Assembly: GCA_963693055.1 (NCBI GenBank)
Contig: OY843751.1
Coordinates: 992,001-1,056,000, forward strand
DNA length: 64,000 nucleotides
From: a bacterium
Lineage (GTDB): Bacteria > Zhuqueibacterota > Zhuqueibacteria > Residuimicrobiales > Krinioviventaceae
Reading direction: 5' to 3'
Shown piece by piece: positions 39,401-47,302 of the stretch; position 1 is the stretch's first letter; each line of letters opens with the position of its first letter. The notes under the pieces were generated by a model. It was not told the DNA's origin. It saw nothing but the letters and a program-made list of their open reading frames with translations, and did no database searches. Made by a program: the position numbers and the translations under genes.

Positions 39401-39843
39401 TCAAAGGTATAATCATCTATTGAGGCATCTCGGTAACGCAAACTGGTACCCGAGTCTTCGTCCTGTTCAATCCAGTATTGCGGACGTCTTTCTTTGGTAT
39501 TGTGATAATATTCAACGTCCTGGGGGAAATCTGCTCTAAACATTACTATCCCGTCCGCATCTCTTTCAGTTGGAAGCGGGTCCTTCCACAGTACCTGTAT
39601 ATATCCATCTGCCATCTGTTGAGATTTGGCAAACAGTATAATATTTTTACCTTTAAATTCAATAACCTGTTTCCCGTAACCCGGCGGGACTGATGGGTCA
39701 TCAATGATTTCTGCCTGACCATCACCGGCCATATCCAGGACTTGCCAATCATCTAATGATTCACAGTTTGATTCAAATTCTGCGTATACAAAGGATGAAT
39801 AGAAAAAAAATAGAATAATTAATACATATCGGTTCTTGAGCAT
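36472..39843 (-). CDS. Large secreted glycoside hydrolase with C-terminal GH2-like (clan GH-A) TIM barrel
   Basis: Signal peptide; ILVNGEPFIMKGVNVH, GFNTLRGDH, WNSCNE (acid/base), DPYNRPV, DIMGINYY, PVIYTEY (nucleophile). Confidence 0.72.
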   Translation of the reverse strand: MLKNRYVLIILFFFYSSFVYAEFESNCESLDDWQVLDMAGDGQAEIIDDPSVPPGYGKQVIEFKGKNIILFAKSQQMADGYIQVLWKDPLPTERDADGIVMFRADFPQDVEYYHNTKERRPQYWIEQDEDSGTSLRYRDASIDDYTFDLAAGKGLTFDTKWNPTGWFWQKVKLDGENIYCKFWSVTEQEPQEWVIQAKSDNSLQGRYGVRCWSGYARIAHFISSDKDITITPPTVYLSTPKHIILNKSLPEFNLYTNFKKAVQNCELSISLKHNNKTQKFKTSQNIPSGSFTLPLNEILAQSPLQIRDEGSYSLRIELTDSDENQLGSDERVFEYRSNKELEAKIEKLSTQMESFLNSSSANSKDPQVLKKKTAFSSALSLLNLAKERLEQGEQKLSFQAVNNAEQLINTADNLFHGQQHDGTYNLQFGDVSLSSTSFVMGKDYTLSVPWNVTGSAINQDLQFMYHICNEYGQILQTEVVNPTPATSTWKPGTHVQDITFSIPLQTPLDATAAINMPKIFTGKHYLTVTVRDTTKKGSFQWVLLNNPESIDYFNVGRLYTLCPIYITARPIEINALVTEWDKNTNQTHCTIDVTHYGEKTLDAICAFDVQTEIGNTVFSSFPGISLKPGKNQINLDYNIHQYGKLISRVRIIKDGTVLTMTEKEETIALPNKMEILVKRHNHVEKSGSTFTTPIDINLLAGKTKIKTTEITVTSNKKELVQTTLSGKAQTTLEPAPNWGYYDLHFELKTNNGPVHYDKRIISTVVETRETEILVNGEPFIMKGVNVHGLWGSSRELSKKAMEILKACGFNTLRGDHPNTWLVDLAFEQNMCWMALADFSCASSEEIFARYNGSPLAGVQEVSRQFINAYKENAGVLFWNSCNEIHSNLDEFLLTTYPVYKIYDPYNRPVNYANLYGQDNWRGQDIMGINYYFGLFQKSTDRQPIIETSINLGFEHNLPVIYTEYNSFWGPDELTGLDAIWGMAQWGLDKGMAGGTFYKLTDVPEHHPGLIDINSRFEIRQPMADAFKQFHADAVVKPISYKGHKVVLKIQNKRAFTLRNPVITFKGIADNFTIDDIKPNEKKQIELSLSDSIPEHTFELDGELNYESHFGLKNNIDILLFLRP

Positions 39844-40072
39844 GGGTTACCTCGAGCTGAATGTGTGCGTTTTGTAGATTGTTTAAGAGTTTTTTATATA
39901 GGTATGTACAAATATTTAATGATAAAAAAGGATTCTCGAAAATCCTTGCCAAAAAATATAAACAGTTTCGTTTCATATAATATGAAAATATATGAATTAT
40001 ACAAGTAAAACAACGTAATTCTTGAATAGAAGTGGGGTGAGGACTGGTTTGAGACTTTTCAATTTTTTATTT

Positions 40073-40097
40073 CAGGGCCGGTTAGCACCGGCCCTTT
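40073..40097. terminator. Hairpin downstream of FG-GAP gene
   Basis: AGGGCCGGT-TAGC-ACCGGCCCT. Confidence 0.55.
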
Positions 40098-40104
40098 GGA
40101 TGCT

Positions 40105-42243
40105 TTATTTGATCATAACCATTTTTTTTGAATATGTGTGGAATGCGGTTTGGGTTTTGATTTTTACCTGATAAAAGTAAACGCCCGAACTCGATACTAT
40201 TCCGTTTTCGGTTGTTCCATTCCAGGTATATTGGTGATACCCGGCATTCAACTGTGAATTATTCAAACAGTTTATTTTTCTTCCATTGATGTCATAAATG
40301 TTTATTTCAACAGTTGCTTTTTCGGCCAGTTGAAAGGAGATACGAGTTTGCGCGTTAAAAGGATTGGGGTAATTCTGGTTGAGGACAAATTCTGTAGGAA
40401 CAGGATTGGATTTTTCCTCAACAGGAAGCGTTAGGTCCTTTTCATAAACAGTGAAAATTCCAAATTCATCCCGGATAATGAGTTCTTCCGTACCATTATT
40501 ATAGAAATCATAAAATGTGGGGACATATTCTCCATAATAATCAATATTAACAAAGGCATCATTCCAACGGGCCCAGGCGGGGGATTGGGCATTGCCAATG
40601 TTTTCAAAGGCATACAATGAATCCGTAGCACTGTATTTAACGACCATATCAAAATCGCCATCCTGGTTCAGATCGCTGAATGTAGAATAGTTGAAAACGG
40701 TGTCCGGTAGACCCTGTTTCCAATCAGGCCTTAATTTCCAGATAGAATCCGGTTCTTGTGTGTTTTCATAAAAATGATACGCGCTGGGATAATTGTAATT
40801 ATTTACTCCAATATCCATAACTGTTTTTTCGCGAAAAATAAAATCAAGGTCACCATCGTTATCCAGATCATAAAAGTTAATGTCCAGAAACAGGGTACTG
40901 TCAAACTGGCTAAATATCATATCTTTCAGACTGGTTTTGCTGATCCATTCGCCGCTCAGATCCGGTTTCGAGTTTTCATAAACATTTGTATAGCTGTAAT
41001 ACATGTAATGGTGTGAGTAAATGAATTCAGGCAGATCATTATTGTCAAAATCTGTCAACTGGTCTTTGTAAGAGTCTCCTTCCGTATAAGTGGTAAACTC
41101 TGTTTCTGAGGGAGTGTGTTTGTAGAATAAGCAGTTCATCAGCGTATCTGGTGTGAGGCGAACGGGTTTTAGTCCAAATTCTATCCAACCTCTATAGCCA
41201 TTGACAAATAGAAAAGATGGAAAGCGATTATTCAATTGAAATGGATAAATTCTTGAGAATGGTAAAGCAGGTAAAGAATTCAATACATAATAATGGGGAT
41301 CAAAGGGCTGCTCTTCATTACCAGTAGCTAAATAAATACGACAAACCCGTTTTCTGTCTATAACAGATAAATCCTGTTTTCCATCTTTATTGTAATCATA
41401 AGGGAAAATGGAATTGATGGTATCATTGATCTCAATATTTGGTAAATCTTGTTCATTTGAAAAGTTGAATTCGTTTGAATCCTGTCTGCCATAAAATAAT
41501 TTAATTTTGTAAATACCTTCTGTGATACTGATAATCAGCATATCAACCAGACTGTCGTTGTTTACATGCATCATGGTTGGAGAGATGTATTCATAGCTCA
41601 ATGTGTTTTTTGTAGCATTTTGTAAAACGGTCGAGTCTTTTTCCCAAGCAGGTTCGCTTGCATTACCAATATTTCTAAAAAAAGATAAATTTAGTACTCC
41701 AAGTCCTATATAGCTATTATTCACTAGCAAGTCTAGATCTCCATCGGAATCTATATCAAAAAATGACGGATTGTCTGGTGTATACGCAGCTATTTCAAAA
41801 TTAACATCTTTGAATGTATCCGGATTAAGGGTTAAGGTTAGTGTGCTGTCAATTTCCCAGTCATATAGCTCTGTGGCATCTCTGATGATTATATTCGGAT
41901 TTCCATCTGCATCAATATCCTGGATGGTAAAGCCCATATTGCCTATGCAGCCTTCAATTCTTGTTTCATAAACTTTATCGGGTAGATAATATGGGGGAGT
42001 TTCTGTGTCTTGTCCCAGAAATATTTGTAATTTTCGCCAGGTCCAATCTTTATGTTTCCCCAAAATTGCAAAATCTGTTATACCATCCTTATTAAAATCA
42101 CAAGGTGCCATAGCATTAACGAAAATATCTAACCCCGATGGATTCAACGGGCGGGTGTCAGCCATCCAGTGGATGGGTACAGCAAAAAGATTGAAATTCA
42201 GGATTAAAATAAAGATTTGAAAAAAATGTTTTGAATTAATCAT
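40105..42243 (-). CDS. Secreted FG-GAP/VCBS repeat beta-propeller protein with T9SS/FlgD sorting domain
   Basis: Repeated D-x-N/D-x-D-G-x-x-D motifs (DFNKDGITD, DIDSDGDLD, DLDNDGDLD, DLNQDGDFD), ENIG...P.W; LNQNYPNPFN; ATG 42243. Confidence 0.85.
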   Translation of the reverse strand: MINSKHFFQIFILILNFNLFAVPIHWMADTRPLNPSGLDIFVNAMAPCDFNKDGITDFAILGKHKDWTWRKLQIFLGQDTETPPYYLPDKVYETRIEGCIGNMGFTIQDIDADGNPNIIIRDATELYDWEIDSTLTLTLNPDTFKDVNFEIAAYTPDNPSFFDIDSDGDLDLLVNNSYIGLGVLNLSFFRNIGNASEPAWEKDSTVLQNATKNTLSYEYISPTMMHVNNDSLVDMLIISITEGIYKIKLFYGRQDSNEFNFSNEQDLPNIEINDTINSIFPYDYNKDGKQDLSVIDRKRVCRIYLATGNEEQPFDPHYYVLNSLPALPFSRIYPFQLNNRFPSFLFVNGYRGWIEFGLKPVRLTPDTLMNCLFYKHTPSETEFTTYTEGDSYKDQLTDFDNNDLPEFIYSHHYMYYSYTNVYENSKPDLSGEWISKTSLKDMIFSQFDSTLFLDINFYDLDNDGDLDFIFREKTVMDIGVNNYNYPSAYHFYENTQEPDSIWKLRPDWKQGLPDTVFNYSTFSDLNQDGDFDMVVKYSATDSLYAFENIGNAQSPAWARWNDAFVNIDYYGEYVPTFYDFYNNGTEELIIRDEFGIFTVYEKDLTLPVEEKSNPVPTEFVLNQNYPNPFNAQTRISFQLAEKATVEINIYDINGRKINCLNNSQLNAGYHQYTWNGTTENGIVSSSGVYFYQVKIKTQTAFHTYSKKMVMIK

Positions 42244-42329
42244 GATACTTCCCCCTATCAAAATTAAAAAATTGTAGTTATTTATAGTTAATAATATTTG
42301 TAAATAAAGTCAATGCTTTTTTTATAAAA

Positions 42330-42704
42330 TTATATCATACCAGCCCGCATCACATCCAAACGGATTTTGGCATCTACATCTTTTTTAATTATAGGAGCCA
42401 GGTTAGCGCAGGGGGAATCCTTGCAAAACGCACAAGACGACATTCCCCGGTCTTTTGCGCAATTGCGGATCTTGCAGTCTTTGCAGGGGGTGAACAGTAC
42501 ACCTGAATCACTCATGCATCCCAAACAGTCGGTTATGTCCTCCAGTGTATATTTTGTGTTATAGAGATTATTGGTAATGTTGACAATCTCTTGCCGCATT
42601 TTTTGTTTTTTTTGTGGATCGGGTTCAAGTGTTGCCATATAAATAGGGCAGCCTTTGCACATTAATCCGCAATAAGAAAACTCGGATTGATATGATGTTG
42701 ACAT
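42330..42704 (-). CDS. DUF3795-like Cys-rich protein
   Basis: YCGLMCKGCP, CLGC, CKDCKIRNCA, CAFC...PC. Confidence 0.8.
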   Translation of the reverse strand: MSTSYQSEFSYCGLMCKGCPIYMATLEPDPQKKQKMRQEIVNITNNLYNTKYTLEDITDCLGCMSDSGVLFTPCKDCKIRNCAKDRGMSSCAFCKDSPCANLAPIIKKDVDAKIRLDVMRAGMI

Positions 42705-42853
42705 GATTCATACCTGTTGTTGATGATTAAAGCCGGGTTGAATCTATATTGTATTAAACATTTGAGGTGGAAGATCTATTCAGGAATTTCTTGATTATGT
42801 AAAGCCGGGTTGTTAGGTACTCGTTTTGTGGACTTGGCCTTGGAATGATGATT

Positions 42854-42888
42854 AAAAAAAACGGTCCCGAGATAAAATTCCGGGACCG
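42854..42888 (-). terminator. Intrinsic terminator of cytochrome operon
   Basis: A8-CGGTCCCG-loop-CGGGACCG. Confidence 0.75.
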
Positions 42889-42897
42889 ATAATCAAC

Positions 42898-44202
42898 TTA
42901 AAGCTCCAACCCCAGAATATATTCTGCAATTTCTGTCAACTGGGCGTCTCCTAAATGTGCCATAGACGGCATAATAGGGCCACCGCGTTTGACCTGTGGA
43001 TTCTTGGCCCATAATACTATTTGTTGTGGATTATCTGGATATAATCCGGCAATTTCTTTAAGAGATGGACCCACCATTACCGTAGCCGGTGCATGGCACA
43101 CGCCACAATTTCTTGCAAACGCGGCTTCAGCACCGGTAGCTTTGGGTGCTTTACTGATGCCCATGCGCTCGCGTCCTCTGGCCGCTTCGGCTTGCCAATA
43201 GAGCAGCTCAGTTTTTTCTGCAACCATTTTACGATGTGGATCAACAGCACGTTCACGATAATAGTGACGTCCAAATGCCATCATGGTTACGGTACAGGTA
43301 AGCAAAATAATGATGAGCCAGAAACGTCCATTTGAAAATTCACGTTGGCTGCGGAGTTCGTTCCATACATACAACATGAACAAAATTGCACCGGTAATTC
43401 CTAAACCGATAAAGAGGTATACGGTAAGATCAAGACCATGCACAGGCAGGGTCAGTAATAATAATGGTCCTACAATAAACTGCATAGAGGTAACCATGAA
43501 TGCAATTTTGTAAAAAAGTCGTTTTACTTCTGAACGGGTAAAACCCGGCAGTTTTTCTTCGTGTGGATATTTTTTGCGTCCAAACCAGCCTGCACCAAAC
43601 AAAGCGGTTACTGCAATGGCTGCAAGAACAAAGTGCATATAACGGGGGATTACGTTTTGCAATAGAACAGCAGAGATAAATCCTTTAACCTCCAGCCAGC
43701 GGGTGGGAAAAAGCATAAGGTTCACATTGGCCAGAAAAATAAGAGGAATGACCATAAATAACGCCAGTGCCACACCTGCTATTGTAAGGTGAATGAGTTT
43801 GTTGTCTGCAAGTTTGTCCCAGGTATATTTATGCAGATAGGTCAGTAAAAATGCTACCGAAACTGCAGGAATAATCATTACCCAGGCAATACCGGTAAGA
43901 GAGGTGGAAGCGTAAAAATAAGTTGTATATGCCAGATTGATTGCCAACAGGGGTGCAACGCCCAACACCACAGCCAGACTTTTATTAACCGTTACTGTTT
44001 TGGAAATTTCTCGAGCCAGATGATCATATCTTTTATTTGATATTCCCATGATTTCAAAGATAAACGAGAGTGCCACACCACCAAACATAAAGTTTACAAA
44101 CAGAATGTGCAGCATGAACAGAAAAACCAGTAAAATTTTTAATGTACCTTCCGGTAAGGGAAGTTGTAATTGTATATCATGAGGTACAGGTATAGAATCC
44201 AT
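42898..44202 (-). CDS. Multi-TM CydA-like membrane subunit with C-terminal cytochrome c
   Basis: About 9 TM helices; LHILFVN, SLAVVLGVAPLL, RYMHF; heme motif CGVCH and distal Met (IMPSM). Confidence 0.75.
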   Translation of the reverse strand: MDSIPVPHDIQLQLPLPEGTLKILLVFLFMLHILFVNFMFGGVALSFIFEIMGISNKRYDHLAREISKTVTVNKSLAVVLGVAPLLAINLAYTTYFYASTSLTGIAWVMIIPAVSVAFLLTYLHKYTWDKLADNKLIHLTIAGVALALFMVIPLIFLANVNLMLFPTRWLEVKGFISAVLLQNVIPRYMHFVLAAIAVTALFGAGWFGRKKYPHEEKLPGFTRSEVKRLFYKIAFMVTSMQFIVGPLLLLTLPVHGLDLTVYLFIGLGITGAILFMLYVWNELRSQREFSNGRFWLIIILLTCTVTMMAFGRHYYRERAVDPHRKMVAEKTELLYWQAEAARGRERMGISKAPKATGAEAAFARNCGVCHAPATVMVGPSLKEIAGLYPDNPQQIVLWAKNPQVKRGGPIMPSMAHLGDAQLTEIAEYILGLEL

Positions 44203-44225
44203 ATCTTCCTCTATTGTTAAGGTCC

Positions 44226-45620
44226 TTAATTATCAATTCCTGCTGTTTGTGCACCTTCCATGCGAAAGGCCCGGTTTTGGTGAGCAATAATAAACTCACT
44301 CAACGCATTGCGTTCGGCATCGGTACCGGGATATGGAGGCATAAAGGGTCTCACATTGTGCATACCCGCTATAAAGTTAGAGATCTGTTCCGGCGTCCAG
44401 GGGGTATCCCCGGGGAACAGGTAACGAAATTTACCGGTTACACTGTTTAATCCGCTTACAGTATGGCAGCGACTGCACGTGAGCATAAATATGTCGCGAC
44501 CAGCTTCATAGTGGTTATCGGGAGTAATCTCTTTGGTTTTTACGAATGAAGCATGGGGGAGCACTCCATCTTCACTGTAAAGCGCATAATTGTCTTTTAG
44601 TAACCCGTTTGCGTACATATAATCTGCAATGACATAGGGCTTGCGCAGGAATTCTCTTGCACGTTCAAAGTAACCCAGTAAAGCAATGCCAATAATAAAA
44701 GGTATTATCATTACAAACCTGGGTACCCAGCGTGAACGGATAATGCCTGCTATTGCTACTATGGCTACTGTTACAACCATAGCCAGCAGTATAATGAGAA
44801 TTGTATGGTACCAATTTGCATAATTTTGAGTTGCAATGGCAATTGGGGCGTTTTCAGCCATATATGCAGGTATGCGCTGCCAATACCACCAAGCTGATGC
44901 AGCGGCAGGAACCAGCCATATCAAACTCCAGATGGAAAGATATCTAATAACCGTATAACGCACCGGTTGTTTTTTTACGAAAAAGGGTACCAGAAACATG
45001 AAAAACAATCCGCTGCTCATCATAGCAAAAGAGGTCCGAAAGGCTAACTGTGGAATGTATACCGGATTCAAAACCGCGGTTAGTAAGCTCGAAAATTCAG
45101 TCCATTCACGTACAAATGGCATCCATTGTCCGGGGGTCATCATAAATCCCAGCACTGCTGTAATAATGACCATGGTGAGCCAGGAGAATAGTGCCAGGAA
45201 AGCACCTATGCGGATATGTTTCTTTTTATTGGTTTTGGACATGGATTTCCAGCTCAGGAAATACCACATGATAAAGCAAACTTCTGCAACAAAGATGATC
45301 CATTCGGTAAACCATGCCCAAAAGAAAATCCGTAACAAGCTGCCTATGGCATCCGGATTTACCAGCGATGTGGTGAGCCAGATTCCCACACCGGTTAAAG
45401 CTCCAAATGTGGTTGTAATGATGAAAAATACAAAAGTGAATTTGTAAGCCAGTTCGTCCAGCCCGGCATCATTACGTTTATGGGCTATCCATTCCAGCAG
45501 AGTTACAAGGGGTACAGCACCTACAGCCATGGGGTGATTGATCATAACATGCACAATGGCTACAATCGCTACAAGCATGCGATTACCGATAAAGTCCAGA
45601 TGAAAGAGTGGAAAATCCAT
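44226..45620 (-). CDS. Cytochrome bd subunit I-like protein with C-terminal cytochrome c
   Basis: HVMINH, TTFGALTGVGIW, WFTEWIIFVAE, GFMMTPG, ERAREFLRKPYVI; CSRCH and PFMPPY. Confidence 0.8.
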   Translation of the reverse strand: MDFPLFHLDFIGNRMLVAIVAIVHVMINHPMAVGAVPLVTLLEWIAHKRNDAGLDELAYKFTFVFFIITTTFGALTGVGIWLTTSLVNPDAIGSLLRIFFWAWFTEWIIFVAEVCFIMWYFLSWKSMSKTNKKKHIRIGAFLALFSWLTMVIITAVLGFMMTPGQWMPFVREWTEFSSLLTAVLNPVYIPQLAFRTSFAMMSSGLFFMFLVPFFVKKQPVRYTVIRYLSIWSLIWLVPAAASAWWYWQRIPAYMAENAPIAIATQNYANWYHTILIILLAMVVTVAIVAIAGIIRSRWVPRFVMIIPFIIGIALLGYFERAREFLRKPYVIADYMYANGLLKDNYALYSEDGVLPHASFVKTKEITPDNHYEAGRDIFMLTCSRCHTVSGLNSVTGKFRYLFPGDTPWTPEQISNFIAGMHNVRPFMPPYPGTDAERNALSEFIIAHQNRAFRMEGAQTAGIDN

Positions 45621-45628
45621 TCAAACTC

Positions 45629-46252
45629 CTATGCTTTCAGGGTTTTTAAGAATTTATTTGCAGATTTTTGAATAACCTTTTTTTTATGTTGAAGCAATGG
45701 CTCACATAAATCATAGAGCTCTTGATGTAATTCAGGATGATATCTGGCAACAGCTTCAAGTCCTGCTATTGCATGACCAGCATGTCTGCCATTCCAGGCA
45801 GTCAGTATCTTTTGTAATTCCGGCCAGACCTGAATCGCAGTTTCAGAACTGGTTGATGCATAAACGGAAAAAATATCTGCAGTATAGTCCCGCACAATGA
45901 TACTTTTATCATTTTTAAATATATTTAAAAGTTGGCCCAGATGTTTTTCAATAGGTTCAGGGATTTTATCAGCAATAAATGAAAGTGCATGAGCTGCTTC
46001 CCAACGAACACGGGTTGTTTTATTATCAAGACAATTGATTATAGAATTGCTATGGGGAATGATTAAATCGGGATTTGTTTCAGCTACCATTGTAAATACC
46101 TCGGCACAATCTCCTGATGTTTTGGATTGGGTTAATCCTTTTTCGACCTCAAACAATAAAGACGGTTTCGCCAAGCATTGCTCAGCGACGGACCGGTTCG
46201 ATTGCTGGGTTTTATCACCGGTTAACGATGATATCTGGTCTAAAAGGCCCAT
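45629..46252 (-). CDS. HEAT-repeat protein
   Basis: TRVRWEAAHALSFIA, DKSIIVRD helical repeats. Confidence 0.65.
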   Translation of the reverse strand: MGLLDQISSLTGDKTQQSNRSVAEQCLAKPSLLFEVEKGLTQSKTSGDCAEVFTMVAETNPDLIIPHSNSIINCLDNKTTRVRWEAAHALSFIADKIPEPIEKHLGQLLNIFKNDKSIIVRDYTADIFSVYASTSSETAIQVWPELQKILTAWNGRHAGHAIAGLEAVARYHPELHQELYDLCEPLLQHKKKVIQKSANKFLKTLKA

Positions 46253-46386
46253 ACTGCCCTGTTGTTTTGATGATTTTAAATGGTTTTATGCAATAATAAG
46301 AATCTATATCATAAGGCGCAAGTGAATTTCACAGTCATGTTAAAAGATGTAGTGGAGTTCTGTATGGATGTTGGGGGAAACAGGAT

Positions 46387-46422
46387 TACCTTCCAGGCTT
46401 TGATTTGAATTCCTGGAAGGTA
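46387..46422. terminator. Hairpin downstream of YbaK-family gene
   Basis: TACCTTCCAGG-N14-CCTGGAAGGTA. Confidence 0.55.
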
Positions 46423-46433
46423 GGAAGTTGATT

Positions 46434-46925
46434 CTAGTGGGATTTTTTCCGATTATATTTCCTGTGCATTGAGAAATTACCAATGTGCGGATTTGTGAGC
46501 TTTTTGAAATCTTGAAATTTCATTTTTATCAATTCTTTGTGATTGCATGCATTAAAATAGATTTCAGGGTCATTTGCCAAATCTTTGTCAACCCATACAG
46601 GAACATTGTAGAGGTTACCAAAGGGGGGCATTGCACCTACTTCACAATCCGGGAATTGAAACTTGAATTCCTCCTCTGATGCAAGTAGAACCTGATCTGC
46701 ACCGGTAATTTTTTTAAGATGTGAAAAATCAACCTTGTTCGATGCGGGTAAAACAGCCATTGCCATTTTACCATTAATGAGCACCATTACTGTTTTGGCC
46801 ATTTCCTTACCGGGAATATGGGCATAATGGGCAATTTCCTGAGAGGTGTATGCGGGAGAATGGGATAATGTAATATACTTTACATGGTGCTCATCCAAAT
46901 AATGTGTTAATTGGGATGAAGGCAT
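46434..46925 (-). CDS. YbaK/EbsC aminoacyl-tRNA deacylase family protein
   Basis: HSPAYTSQEIA, MAKTV, FPDCEVGAMPPFG; ATG 46925 after AAGGAG. Confidence 0.88.
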   Translation of the reverse strand: MPSSQLTHYLDEHHVKYITLSHSPAYTSQEIAHYAHIPGKEMAKTVMVLINGKMAMAVLPASNKVDFSHLKKITGADQVLLASEEEFKFQFPDCEVGAMPPFGNLYNVPVWVDKDLANDPEIYFNACNHKELIKMKFQDFKKLTNPHIGNFSMHRKYNRKKSH

Positions 46926-47302
46926 AATATTCTCCTTTATTATATTAAAAATTGAATTGCTGATACACTTGGCAAATAATGGTGGAAATGCAATTAAAGA
47001 AAAGAATGCATCTAGCAATTGATTGTTTTTAATCTAGTCGTTCTTGAGGAATTCTGGTTCCGGAAATTCAAGTGTAAGAGATAGCAGATCTGTTTCTATC
47101 TAATAATAATTAATAATTGATATCATGTCAAGATAATAGTTGTGAAAAATATCTGGTAATCAGCTATATTGAAAAAGTGAATAATTTATGCAGGCAAAAC
47201 ATCAAATAATTATATGGAAATTACTAAATCGGCATTTGGAATATTGCAAAAAAATTACGTTATTAAAATGGAAAAAAATTACTTTATAAAGAGGAATTGC
47301 TA

